DNA from: Macrostomum lignano
Lineage: Eukaryota
DNA length: 64,000 nucleotides
Assembly (NCBI GenBank): GCA_002269645.1
Contig: NIVC01003571.1
Span: forward strand, 1-64,000
Direction: 5' to 3'
A program made the translations under genes and the position numbers. The stretch's first letter is position 1; each line of letters starts with the position of its first letter. Shown piece after piece: positions 22,119-35,526 of the stretch. The notes beneath the pieces are model-generated. The model was not told the origin of the DNA. It saw only the letters and a program-made list of their open reading frames with translations, and did no database searches.

Positions 22119-24284
22119 TGGGGAACCATTGTCCCTGCATTTAGCAGTTTAGTCTGTTTACCTCTAGGCTAGCTCTCATCATTTTGATAACATGAATTTT
22201 AGCACTTATATATAGCATGTTTTTCAAATATTTAATCCCTTTAATATCAAGTAATTTCTTAACCACAATGCATGTACCATCACAGAAAAATTTCTGGTCG
22301 AACAGTGCAAGTTCGAAGAAAATTGGTTCAGACGTTTTTGCTCAAATCGATCACATAGATAGATAGATAGATACTTACCAACAAACCATTTTTAGTATAT
22401 AGGATTGTTTGCAAATTATTTCATGTTAGAGTGTTTTTCTAAGAAGGCAAAATAAAGTGTATAAATAGTACACTTAGCTTAGCAATATATATTTAATCAT
22501 TAGGCCTAATTGTGGCTGAAATGCCTATAGTTGAACTAGGTTATGGGCAAAATGGTCTATGGGCAAAATAGTTTGGGGTCAAAATGTATTGGTTTCCCAA
22601 CAGACATTCAGACAGACATTCAGAAATCGTTCAGTAAATGTTTAACAAAATTGTCTATTTATTATGCAAGATACTGTGAATTTATAGAAACTTTTACGCA
22701 TGTCTCTGCTTTAAAAAGACACCTCAGACACACACAAAGACACTTCACAAGCTGAGATATTCCCTAGCAACTGTTGTTACGACCTTTCCCAATATACCGA
22801 ATACTGTATATAGTAGTTTTTTGAGAAGCTGCTACATTGTCCCACTTTGGTCTTTCTGCATGAAATTTGCACAGCTGTTTTATGCATGTCTCTGCTTTAA
22901 AAAGACACATCAGACACATACAAAGACACTTCACAAGCTGAGATATTCCCTAGCAACTGTTGTTACAACCTTTCCCAATATACCAAATACTGTATATAGT
23001 AGTTTTTTGAGAAGCTGCTACATCATCCCACTTTGGTCTTTCTGCATGAAATTTGCACAGCTGTTTTATGCATGTCTCTGCTTTAAAAAGACACCTCAGA
23101 CACATACAAAGACGCTTCAAAAGCTGAGATATTCCCTAGCAATGGTTGCCTGAAGGCATGCTCATATCTAACTTGCATTTGGACACTGGCATGGAATGTA
23201 CATTATACTTGTATTTGCCTTCTACTGCTCTGAAGCACTTTACTTTAGGCAGATCTATCAGCAATATTAACACTGTACAGGAGGCAGTTTTTCTTTATGT
23301 ACATTTATGTACATTTATTATATACAGTTTTTCCTGAAGAGACTCCTGAAGGGACTCCTGAAGGGACTCCTGAAGGGACTCCTAAAGAGACTCCTAAAGG
23401 GACTCCTGAAGAGACTCTTGAGGGGACTCCTGAAGGGCAACTTGTTATGGACTGCTCCTCAAGAAATGAAGTGACAGCAACAGTGACAATATCAATTAAT
23501 GCTATAAGGAAGATTAATTTACGAATCAATAATTCCAAGTATGTTTTTTCGAAGCCAGCACTAAATGAAGCTCTCTGCAAATCATTGAGATCTGTATCGT
23601 CTTGTTGCCTGCGCATGAGGGGTTACTGTCATATTAGTGCAGTTGAATCTAGAAAAAAATCTACAAATTTCTGGACAGTAAGGGCTGCGTGCAAGATGCA
23701 GATGCAGGGGTGCAAGAGAGAACTTAGTTTTGTAATGAAGGAAGAACCCCAATCACAAGAATGCTGGGAGTGGCACGTCATTGGACAAGGTCTCTTTGGG
23801 CCTTTTCATATTGGGCCAGAATTGGTTTGGAATTCCAAGAAAAACAGCAGTATAACTATTAAACTCTGTTAATATTTGACTGCCTTAACAACCTAACTTA
23901 GCACAATTTTTCACTTTTTTCTTGGCGATTGTCATTCAATAATAAAAACTTTATAGCACGTATCTCCCTTTAGTTATGGAGACAAAGAGTTATACTTCAC
24001 AAATTGGTTCTGGTTCTGGAACCAGAGCAAGCAATATTAAAAGGCCTTTTGACCACTTGAAAGCGGAATCATCAACTTTTAGAAGAAAAACAGAGGATGA
24101 GGAAGAAAATTTCACAAAACTTGTCGCAGAGCATGGGGCGTCTGGAGCGCACCGAAAGCTGTCCAACGAAGATTAGCACATGCATCACATCTTGAGCAAA
24201 AACTTTGACTCATGCAAATTGAAATTTGTAATGGAAAGAATAGCCAAAAGGTAAGAGGCGAAATTACTACATAAGGACATTAAT

Positions 24285-25548
24285 ATGGAATTACTCATTA
24301 TGCAGACTGCTCTACAAGAAGAATACCCACACGAGTACTTGCCGGGAATAGTTAGAGAGTGCTGCGCTGATCCCCTGCATGTCGTTTTGTACTCTGGTTA
24401 CCAACTGCAATATTTTATCAACCTAATACAGGAAAATGAGCTTAATGTTCTTCATATTAATGCCACCGGATTGATAATTAAAAAAGCGGATTATATCAGA
24501 CGCGTATTCCTGTACTCTATTGTAACAACAGCTACCGACCGCGTGAAATCTGTCTCAATAGCAGACTGCATTACAAATGGACATTCTGTCGCATCAATAG
24601 CACATTTCTTGCATGTTCTGCGCCATCATATAGTCAACATGATGTCACAGTTGAGGCAAGCCTACGTACCAATCCTATGGGTGACAGACTTTTCCTGGGC
24701 ACTGATACATAGCTGCTTTGAATTCCACCAATGCAATTTGGAGACATATTTAAATATGCAATATCACTATTTCCAAAAAAGCCAACACTTCTGTCACAGT
24801 TACGGGGTAATGCTCTGTAAAAATCATCTAATGCATTCAGTAAGCCGGTATCTAAAGCAGAAGAAGTATTCAAAGTGAATCAGGGACACTTTTTTGAGAT
24901 ATTTCTATAGAGTTATGACTATTAAGGTTGTAGAAGAAGTTAATTCAACAATTCGGGATGCAATGAACATTTTTTTGACAAAGTCTGCGAAAGTATGCCA
25001 GCGTATAATGTCCAAACCCTATAACAGCAAAGATGATGAGCAAGGGACCAACTCAGATAGACAATCAGAGGAAGGAGATCACGAAGACAATGACAGTACT
25101 AATGAGGATGAAACGAATAGTTCATTATACAAATGATCGCCCTTTTATGAGTACTTTAATGCATGGAGGACATCAATCACTTAGCACTATGGAAGTGGAG
25201 GAAGTTGCTATCAATAACGAATTGCATTCACCAAAAATAGTCGAAATGTTTGTCATCCGATACCTCTCCTACTTTCCCTTATGAGCTGCCTGCATCTGGA
25301 ACCATGAATTCTTGAAAAGCTGCATGAAGTCTCCTTTTTCAAATGCTCACATTGAGAGCTGGTTTAAGAGAATAAAATCCAAATTTCAGCTACCTGTCTC
25401 TGTCGCAGAGTTCTCGAAATTAACCGCAAGTTTCTGTCATGAAAGGATAAAGGAAGCAAAATTACTTTGGCAAGTTGCTCTACCACAATTTTGCCAACAA
25501 AAAAGGAAGGCCGCGGCGGAGACAGCTGATGGGGCTGAAGAAAGCTAG
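24285..25548 (+). pseudogene. NOF-like MULE DDE transposase, fragmented
   Basis: LHINATG (first catalytic D replaced by N, codon AAT at 24459), VTDFSWALIHS, LCKNH (CxxH), SNAHIESWFKRIK (E); broken by stops and frameshifts. Confidence 0.75.
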
Positions 25549-26589
25549 GGCAAAAAACGATGTAGATACTCAAACAGTAGGCAGACACCACAAACAAAGT
25601 CACAGCCTCCCCCCTGTGAGTTTCCAAAATCGCCACGCAACTCTCAGCAACCGCCACACGACTCTCAGCAACCGCCACGCGACTTTTAGCACTTGCCACG
25701 CGACTCTCAGCAATTGCCACACGACTCTTAGCAACTGCCACGCAACTCTCAGCAACCGCCCAGCAAAAAAATTTCGGCTCTACAAGATGTAAGAGGAACA
25801 CCAATTTCAGAAGAGCAATTAGCATCACCTAATGGTACGAACTGGCTGGACTATGCGGTAAGAAATTTGTAGGAAGCACTTTGCGTCATAGCATTATGGT
25901 ATGTAATTTAATGTTTAGAAGGTATTAAAAATATTATCAGGTTGTGTACGGCTACTTGGCTGCAATTGCTAGCAGAGCAGATGGAGTTGCTATGCAGCAG
26001 AGTGATTTTCTTTCCTTGCTAGATGGTGGTAGCAAAGGCTCTCAGCACATTGAATCTCTTTGGAACTATTTCCTTGGTCAAGCGGTAAGCATACTGTGAA
26101 ATTTTAACTTTTAATCTGATGTTGGTTTTACTATCGACCATTGCTAGGAGTATAGTTGATATCCACATGCAGAGGTGGAATAATCCTGCAACAATTCTGT
26201 AATTCTGAACAATCTCTTTGGTTCTCTTCGGACCCTTGGTTCCTTTTATTGGGTTCAAAAGGGAATTTGATTCCTTCTTAAAAAGTTTTTGCATCATGAA
26301 GTTTTCCTGAGTTTGAGGCTGAGCTTTTCTCATCTTTTGCCCTCCCCTGAACTCTTCTTGGCTGCACCTGCCCATTCCTGCCTGCCCTTGCCGCCTCTTG
26401 CCTTAGACATGTATTTGACTGAACAATTCCTTCAATTTGTACCACTGCTTCGTACTAAGCACAATCATGAAGTGCCCTCCTGGGTGCTGTAAAAAATGTC
26501 TTCTTTTCAAGTTCCCATAGCCCGACACATTTTCCAACATGGACACGGCTATGCAATGTGTTTTTTTTAATTTTATAAAAAAATTTAGA

Positions 26590-26960
26590 CTGAAGAAAAT
26601 TCTGGTCCCAATGCTTATACAAAGCCATTTTTGGCTTTTGGCTATGTTCTTTGACAATCTCACAGTGCACTACCTGGACTCCATATGTTGGAGTGACAGA
26701 AGAAAGCAATTGGCATTGAACTATACTGCCAAATACTATAAAATGTATATGAGAAGGGGGCTTTGAAATTTGCAAGGCATATTAACTGAACTTATGTGCC
26801 ATTTTCTAATTTTAGTGAGCTCCTTGCTTCTCTAGCTGCTTCTACCTTTCTCCCTGAGCAGATGGAGCACCCTAGGGGTAGAAAGTTTAGAAGTGTAGTA
26901 AGAATGTGTACCTAGCAAAAGGATACATTTTCATGTGGCGTTCTGACCTACTTATTTAAC
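26590..26960 (+). pseudogene. Ulp1/SENP-like (C48) cysteine protease relic inside the NOF-like element
   Basis: KKILVPMLIQSHFWLL...YLDS (His and Asp region) and QKDTFSCGV at 26916-26942 (Gln/Cys); reading frame disrupted between them. Confidence 0.72.
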
Positions 26961-27000
26961 TGCAATTTGTTTCTTGATAAGTGCACTGTGTTGTCTGCGT

Positions 27001-27274
27001 CCTGATTGCAGCGCATGGGCATTTTAGCGGACGGCGTCCAGCGGGGATCTAATACGGCGCGGCGCGTACGGCGCACGGCAATTAGTACAGCGCGGCACGG
27101 TACTAATTAGATGCCAAGGCATTTAGGCTTGATAAGACAGTCATAGTTACACCTGCCGTTTACCCAAAACTGCGTTAATTTTGCTTTAGGGTTTCTTTCA
27201 CAGGTAAGTCATTTCACAGCGTGGCGCAGGTTGTGTAGGCGTCTGGCATACTTAAGCCATGCGCTGCAATAGGG
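27001..27274. mobile_element. MITE family A (274 bp), 8-bp TSD GTCTGCGT
   Basis: Imperfect TIR CCTGATTGCAGCGCATGG / CCATGCGCTGCAATAGGG; TSD at 26993-27000 and 27275-27282; second copy at 56045-56309. Confidence 0.88.
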
Positions 27275-29734
27275 GTCTGCGTGCACTGCGCAGAAATTGA
27301 GCGCCGCTTGCTAGCACATTAAAAATACTGTGATTAATTTCATAGAAGAAACCGAGCAACCCATTTGCAGGTTCTGTGGCTTGGAGGAGCCTGCTAGCCA
27401 AAGGAAGCGAATCGAATGGGTAAATTAATGCAATGTAAAATACCCATGCATTTTACATGTACATGTACAATAGTAACGGATTCAACCAGCTTGCAAGACC
27501 TTTTCTGCATCATTTTAGATTGAATGCCCCTCCTGCCTCTTTTGGTACCACAAAATCTGTTGGAACAGCTGGAAAAGCACGGCAAATGTTTGCTCCAATT
27601 GCGCCAGACTTGATGCATAAAATGCTGACTGTGTTGAATAAAGAAAGGGACAATGCAGTTATTGCAGACAACGCAGATCAAGTCTGATGTGATATTTATG
27701 GGGTGTTTTATGTTTCATTGCACAAAATGTTTTGATGCTTATTTTCTATAGTTTGATTCTCAGTTGCTGATGGGATTGCTCCATCGTCTGAGTCGATAAC
27801 ATTAATTCTGTTCAATTTTACATGATGTGCACTGTTTAGCAAAGTGATCACTTTTTCTACGTTTGGCGCCTGTCTTTGGCGTTTGCACGTTCTGCAGTTG
27901 TTTGGTGGGCAATTTCGCTTACCCTTGTCGGAGTTGTCAATTGCGAATCGGTTCGAGACTGACTTGCTTCTGCAGTAGGCAGATCGATTTCTTAAAGTGA
28001 TACCTGATACTCTCCAGTCATAATTGAGTTGCAGACTTTCTTTGCCATTTTGAGAGTCAGGTCTTACTTTATTCTGGTAGTCGTTTGACAAATTTGCTGT
28101 CTCAATCACTTGTATCAGGTATAGTTGACACTCTAGACAAGGGTGCGGAGTCTTAAAAAGTTACATTTACTTGTGATTTCTTTTAGGGCTGTTTTCGTTG
28201 CTTTTTTTGCTTCCTTGCTTTTTTTGCTTTTTTGCAACGTTTAAATACTACCCAACATTTTTTTACATTTGCTCTTAATAATTATAATCTTAACTTTATA
28301 ATAATAATAGTAGTGCAGTATAAATTCATATTAATATTAGTAATAATAGCAGTACAGTAACATTAATAACATTAATATTAATAATATTACTAAAAAATAA
28401 TATTATTAATATACGTATTATAGCATTCGGTATACTAAGTATTTAGAAAACATTGTAGTAACCATTGTTAAAGAATATCTTAGCTTGTGAAGCGTCTTTG
28501 TTGGTCTTTAATGTGTCTTTCTACAGCAAGGCATGCATAAAGCAGTAGTGCAATTTTCATGCAGAAATAGCACAGCTTCTGAAAAAACAGTTATATGATT
28601 TAGCAGCAACATCAAACAGCATTCAGTACATATAGAAAATGTCATAAAAACATTTGCTAGGGAATATCTCAGCTTATGAAGCGTCTTTGTGTGTGTCTGA
28701 GGTGTCTTTTCAAAGCAGAGACATGCGTATTAAAACAGCTATGCAAATTTCATGCAGAAAGACCAAAGTGGGACGATGAAGCGGCTTCTCAAAAAATTAC
28801 TATATACAGTATTTGGTATATTGGGAAACATCGTAACAACAGTTGTTAGGGAATATCTCAGCTTGTGAAGCGTCTTTGTGTGTGTCTGAGGTGTCTTTTT
28901 AAAGCAGAGACATGTGTAAAACAGCTGTGCAAATTTCATGCAGAAAGACCAAAGTGGGACGATGTAGCGGCTTCTTAAAAAACTACTATATACAGTATTT
29001 GGTATATTGGGAAACGTCGTAACAATAGTTGCTAGGGAATATCTTAGCTTATGAAGCGTCTTTGTATGTCTGAGGTGTCTTTTTAAAGCAGAGACATGCG
29101 TAAAAGTTTCTATAAATTCACAGTATCTTGCGTAATAAATAGACAGTTTTGTTAAACATTTACTGAATGATTTCTGAATGTCTGTCTGAATGTCTGTTGG
29201 GAAACCAATACATAGGGCCAAAAGTCAATGGCCAAATTTTTTTAGGCCAAAACAGCTAGAATTCTACTATAAAACTATTTTAGCCTTTAGGATATATAAT
29301 ATAAATATTATAAAGCAAAATAGGTTAGCCTATCAAAGAAAAATTGAGAAATTTACTAGTATTAGACATTATAAAAAAATCCTGGACTAGAAAACAAACC
29401 TAATTTATATGAGCTAGGCCTATGTATAGTATAACCATATGATAGGTCTATAAGGCAAGGGCCTAACCCTAGATAGAGACAAATACAATCCACTTCAATA
29501 ACAGCCATTTCAGTAATAGCCACTTTAGTAACAAAAATGACCACTTTGGTAATGGCCATTTTAGATTTGATAATAGCCACTTTGGTAACAAAACAGATTT
29601 ACAACTGTGAATACTTAGGATTAGCAATAATTAGTTTAATAATAAATATCTCAAATATCTTATTGCCACATAGGCCTATGGTTAAACTTTCTAGTTGAAA
29701 GTATAATTATATAAGTATAATTATAATTTGTTTA

Positions 29735-32364
29735 GAATCCGGTCTATTTCGGCGACAAGTCATTTCGGCGACAACCATTTTGGCGACAAGTCATTTCGGC
29801 GACAACCACTTCGGCGACAAACATCGAAACCGCAGTAATAATGGATCTGATAGTGTTTGCTTATTGAGTATGTAATGCATTTGATTGTTCTACTTGTTAA
29901 TGTATTCCTGTTAGGCCTATAGTAGCATCGTTTGCCGTCACCAATATTTTATAACTAACTCTTTCGTTCTCTGCACTTTTCTTGTTTACATCGTCCAGTT
30001 CAGTATAGTTCTTTCTCTCTCGTTATCTCTCATTCTCTATCCTTTCGTTCTTTCCTCCCTTCTGATTGGTCCGCCGCTTACATTCTAACCTCCTCTCCTA
30101 CCCTCAGTCGCGCACTCTTGTTATCATACCGCCAACCTCCAGTCTGTTCAACTTAACCATGTTTAAATATATAGTCCAGGGCACACGCCCTCTCACACTT
30201 CACCTGACTTCGCTACTCGCAGTTATTCAGTCATGTTTAGCTGTGTTGTTTGCCACGATCTGGTCAGACATAGGCAGCAAGCGCTGCAATGTGATGAATG
30301 TTCCAGGTGGCAGCATAGGACCTGCAACAGCGGCGTGACACAGCAGCATTACCGCCAGCTACAGAGACTGGAGAGCTTCGACTGGTTGTGCAGCCTGTGC
30401 TCATGGCCAGTGCCTGAGCAGCCTGAGCCTGAGCAGCCTGACCCTGAGCAGCCTGAGCCTGAGCAGCCTGACCCTGAGCAGCCTGAGCCTGAGCAGCCTG
30501 ACCCTGAGCAGCCTGAGCCTGAGCAGCCTGTCCCTGAGCGAATTGATTGGCAAGAACAGCAACGGCAAGGTGCTGTCCCAGTAGAAGTACCCCCGCCTCA
30601 ACATCTCGCACCACGAATTGCAGTACCATTCGATTTTGTTCGTGGCGGTTCAACCAGAGGCAAGGACTCGCTTGTTGTGGACGGCAGATTTACTTTTGTC
30701 ATCAGCCGCAGACGAGGAGAGGTGGTGTACTGGAGGTGCACAACGCGTAATGCCAAGGCAACATGCAAGGCCACAGTGACTCAGCGAGGCAACCTGTTCA
30801 CGCCAGGCCCCGCACAGCACAACCATGAGGAGCAGTACCGGCCTGCTGAGAGGAAGAGGCTGCGCCAGGCTGTTGCAGCGCGAGCTAAGCAGCAGCTCTT
30901 CATGTCGGCGCCACAGATTGCATGCGAGGAGCTGCTGGCTGTTATCGACACCTTCTGGCATGGACCGCAGATGCCCAATCCACAACTGCTGGCCCGCACT
31001 GCCAATCGCAAGCGTGCGGCAGACTGACCGGAGGAACCGGCCGACATCAATTTTGAATTGCATGCCTTGGTGCCTGAGAACTTTGTCGTGCATGACATCA
31101 GAGAACCTGGTCGACGACATCTGCTGATGGCAACACCCGCAATGCTACACTATCTCTGACACGCGACGAACTGGTACCTGGACGGCACATTCAGTGTTGT
31201 ACCAGCGCCATTTCAGCAGCTGTACTCACTGCACACATTTGTTGTCGGCCCTGAAGGGCACTTAAAGCAGGTGCCATTGCTAATGGTGCTAATGTCTGGT
31301 AGAGGCTACGAGGACTACCGCTTAGTCTTCACTTTCGCCCGTGATGTCCTCTATGGCCAGCCATCTGAGTGCATGATGGACTACGAGGCAGCGGTGTGGC
31401 GAGCAGTACACACCGAGTTTCCAACAGCTACGCGGCGTGGTTGTGCCTTTCATTTCACCCAGGCTATCTACCGCTGCATCCTCACCACTGGCCTCACACC
31501 AGCATACTCGAATGATGACGGCACGCAGACGTTCTGCCGACAACTCATGGCATTGCCATTTCTGCCTGGCAACAGAATCGCGAATGCCTTCTACACACTG
31601 TGGAGCACGGTCACCGATGTTGAACTGAATGGCCTCTGTGACTACGTCCAGGGCACGTGGATCTGCGGCTCCAGCTGGCGAGTGCAGGAGCTCTCAGTCT
31701 ATCGGCTAGCCATTAGAACAAACAATGATACTGAGGGCTGGCACAACAAGCTACAGCGCCGTGCTATGAGGGCTAATGTGCAGTTCTACTTGCTGCTGAA
31801 GCTGCTGCACCAGGAGGCCCGCCAGGTTGAGATTGATGCAGCGCTACTTAGCCAGGGTGCCACTCGTCGGGACGCACGGCCAGCAGTGCGTGCAAGGCAG
31901 GAGGCCTACTTCCGTCTCTGGGCGGAGTATGAGGCCAGCACCAGGACTTTAGAGGGACTTCTGCTCGCTTGCAGCCGCATGAATGCCCCTGTGGGACAGT
32001 AAGGTCTTTTACTTTTAATCTTACTTTTAATCTTTTACTTACATTTGTTGCCGATTTGTTCCGCGCATCTGCCGATTTGACAGATTTGTGACTTCTTTTA
32101 TTCAATTTAAATAAAAGTCTTTTACTTTTAATCTTACTTTTAATCTTTTACTTACATTTGTTGCCGATTTGTTCCGCGCTTCTGCCGATTTGACGGATTT
32201 GTGACTTCTTTTATTCGATTTAAATAAAAGTAAAAAAATATATAAATAAAATAAATTTGTTCCACGACTTCAAAAGTATTGTCGCCGAAATGGTTGTTGC
32301 CGAAATGACTTGTCGCCAAAATGGTTGTTGCTGAAATGACTTGTCGCCGAAATGGACTGTTTCC
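29735..32364 (+). mobile_element. Phantom-like Mutator element (2630 bp) with sub-repeated TIRs
   Basis: TIRs of tandem TTTCGGCGACAA units (29745-29820 / 32279-32355); perfect 8-bp TSD TTTGTTTA (29727-29734 / 32365-32372); 113-bp tandem duplication with AATAAA after the ORF. Confidence 0.92.
30233..32002 (+). pseudogene. PHD finger + PEQ repeat + FLYWCH + MULE DDE transposase (one 589-codon frame with two in-frame TGA)
   Basis: PHD CVVC...CDEC..WQHRTC...WLCSLC; FLYWCH-like YWRC...C...HNH; WYLDGTF, MMDYE, GCAFH, NNDTEGWH. ORFs 30233 and 31271 share a frame; TGA at 31025 and 31157. Confidence 0.9.
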
Positions 32365-32870
32365 TTTGTTTATACTTGCATAGGCCTATTACTTTATGAA
32401 AAAAAATTGAAGGCAAAGAAAATTAAGCTAAGCTTGAGCTGGTCTACATTTGAATTCGAAAAAAAAATAAATAATAAATGAAGATATGGGCAAAGTAGAT
32501 TCTATAATAATAATTCTAAGTCACTATTTGTTAACTAGACTAATAATACTAATGTATATGGTGTACAATATTTGGTCAATTAGAGGATGTCTCCGCCCTC
32601 CAGTGCATGTATCTGACTTATCCAGAAATAAAAATGATTGGTTAAAACACATTTCAACAAGTTAAACAGATGCAGATATGCATGTGTTTTGTCATTCTTT
32701 CTTTAAAGTTTTTTCACACATACAGAACTTTTTTGGAGCATATCAATTAATTTATTATTCCCACTTGTTACCAAAGTGACTGTTACCGAAATGGCTGTTA
32801 CTGTTACCAAAGTGGTCATTTTTTGTTACCAATGTGGCTGTTACCAAAATGGCTGTTACCGAAGTGTACA

Positions 32871-33042
32871 CCTGTATAACTTTAGACACAAACACAAACT
32901 AGTGTCGGAAGATGTCTGAAAATGTGTTGGCAAAAGTTAACTGTTACACGACACTTTTTCCGATACTTTTTGCGACATTTTAAGTGTCATAAAAAAGTGT
33001 CGGAAGATCTGCCTGAAAATGTGTCGGCGAAAGTTATACAGG
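32871..33042. mobile_element. Small MITE-like inverted-repeat element (172 bp)
   Basis: CCTGTATAACTTT ... AAAGTTATACAGG; TSD not evident. Confidence 0.45.
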
Positions 33043-35526
33043 TTTATCAAGAGTTAAAGTTTCCTTGTTCTTTTTTACGTTTTCTAACTTATTAGGCCTA
33101 AACAAACACAAACTAATATCATATACAATAAATGAGTTGTCCGTAAGTAGGTATGCGATTGATTTTAGCAGACACAGCTCCACCAATTTTCATGAAACTT
33201 GTTAGTTAAGGACTAGAAATAAGCGAACACTTTACACGTTCAACGTTATCTGAATCTGGAAAAAATCGAACTTAAAAAGCTCGTTTCTAAGAAAATCAAG
33301 AATTGAACTTTAAACGAGCTAGAAAATCAAATTAAAAACTTAAACTTGAACTGACTTTCCTCAAAATTAAATAGTTTTATTTATTTAAAAACGTAGATTA
33401 CTTTAACTGCTTAACTTTTTCGATGTAGACTTGAAAATTTATCTATTAACTTAAGTAAAAAGTGAGATGATGAGAACAAGGACGATACTTAGATGAGAAA
33501 TGATGAGTACATTGTACATAGTCATAGATAATTGTCAAATAAGTCATCAATTAAATGTAATGCAGATTGCAGACAGACCGAATAACTGAAAGTGAATTAT
33601 ACTATTGGACTCGTATAGGTCTAAAGGGTAGCTAGTTTTTTGTCCAACAATTGTCCACTTTTTTGCCATATATTATGTTTTTTGTGATTTTAATTTTGTG
33701 TTATGATTTTGCCTTGTAGGCCTAGGCCTATAAATTTTTACTTAGGCCTATATTATACATTTTATACCCATGTGTGAATTGAGTACCAACAAATTAATTT
33801 ACCTTTAGCTAGGCCTATGGAAATGGAAGTCATAGTGAATTTATGGCTAACAGACTAAAACTTCATTAGGTTAAGGGCAAGGCAATCTTTTTGTTTCTTG
33901 TTCAAAATTATTTTTACGCAAAATAAAAATTTCATAGGCCTAGGGGCCTAGTTCTTGGTGCAGTCAAACTTAGTAGGCCTAAAGGCAGGCATGTTGCCAC
34001 TGGGGGGGACATGTCCCCATTAGTAAAAGCTATAGGCCTAAGGGCCAATGCCCACCTTATCAATTATTGTGGTAGGCCCTAATTAATAATTTTTCTACCA
34101 GGTGCCAATATATAACACCTTTGGCACTAAAATAGGTGCCTGCGATGCTTAAAAGAATGTTTATAATGCCAAAATAAGTGCTTGAAAGTTGAAATATCAA
34201 AAAGAATATATAAAATACCACAATAACACCCGTGTTTGCTTAAAACTAACGAAAACAGCACGATTTAAGTTTTTTGTTTACAGTATGACAGCATGCTGGT
34301 TGCTGTCTCAGCTTGCTAGTTAATCGAAAAATGATTGTTACAATATCAACAAAGCTAGTTAACTTTTTAGCGCCAATAAATGCATTCATGTTTTAGTAGC
34401 TTGTTGCAGGACTCTCTTTCTGCTGTGGGTTTCTTGTTAGTTAGTTTTAGACATGCATCATGACGGTAGGCCTAGGCCCTTGCAGCTTAAATTTAAATGC
34501 TTTCTACTCGCTGAAGGCACGTGCGTGCGTGCTGCTGGCCGGCAACTAGGAAACTAGGGTCTAAAATCCATGTAGTTCTAAAACTGAGCTGGGGTGAAGG
34601 CTGTGTGGCTAAGCCTACACATGACATGCCTAAACTAGGCTTACTACTATAAGGCATTGAATTAGACCTAGGTTGTGCTGTACCTGTAGCTTAGTAGAGA
34701 TTTTTTAATAAAATAATTGGTTCTAATTCTAAATTCTAATACTATGGTATTAAACGAACTAACAAGTCTGGTTTATTTAAGTCAAGTTAATTGTGTTGTT
34801 TAAAAGGTAATCTAGCCACTTGGTATAGGCCTACTCCTACTCCTAGGCCTAGGCCAGCCCCAGTGGGCCTAGCCAGGTAGAAGTTTAGTAGTAGGTAGGC
34901 GGTAGGCCTAGTAGTTGAGTGAGTTGAGTTGAGTAGAAAAAAGTAGGGCCTAAGCCTTTGCTTCCCATATAGTCATATGCAAAAAATATCAGTTTTTATT
35001 CTAGAGAGTAAGAGAGACTAAGAGTGAGTGCAATTCTAGGTTTAGACCTAATTAGAAAAAATAACCAGATATTGCTATAAAGTAGGCTATAATGCTAATG
35101 TTGTATTGGCCATTTAAAAAATATTTGACTTTGAAAAAGTTCTTGGCTATAAAGTAGTATATATTTCATTGCTATATTATAATATTAAATAGGCCGGCTT
35201 CCAGACAGTCCGGCGACACAGCCGTGTCCCACTCATGAGGCCATTCTATCCTCGGAAAACATGGCCTTGCAGCCCAGCAATGAATGTAGTGGTGTAGCGC
35301 TGCATGTATTTCTAGCTTTATTTTACATTGTATTGAAAACATTTGTGCACATATGCACAAAAAAGTTCTTTCATTGAAACGGTTATACCCTTTTACATTT
35401 TACATATATATTGGCAATGCCAATGCCAATGGCTTAATTTAATTTAAGCAGTTCTATACACCTAAAAATATGGGCCCTAAAATTTATGCTTTTTCTTCAG
35501 TTAGTGTTATGGTATATAAAAGGCGC

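Larger units (their letters stand above)
22589..29208 (+). mobile_element. Foldback-type MULE (FB-NOF/Rehavkus-like), 6.6 kb, decayed
   Basis: Long TIRs (~22589-23145 and ~28430-29208) built from 186-bp tandem modules; internal plus-strand transposase, Ulp1 and PHD relics. Exact ends uncertain: TA|TTGG...CCAA|TA, or ATGTATTGG termini with an imperfect 9-bp flank GGGGTCAAA/AGGGCCAAA. Confidence 0.8.
29484..32870. mobile_element. Older TIR element with GGTAAC sub-repeats hosting the PHD-FLYWCH MULE
   Basis: 29490-29590 (AACAGCCATTT/CACTTTGGTAAC repeats) is the degenerate inverse of 32760-32866; no clear TSD. Confidence 0.5.

Noticed and set aside
22350-22405. (GATA)n plus TTAGTATATAGGA as a Helentron/DINE-like end
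   Set aside because: No partner subterminal inverted repeat or hairpin identified; too weak to call.
31025-31159. Selenocysteine or programmed readthrough at the two TGA codons
   Set aside because: No SECIS or readthrough context recognised; simple nonsense mutation (possibly CGA to TGA) is more parsimonious.
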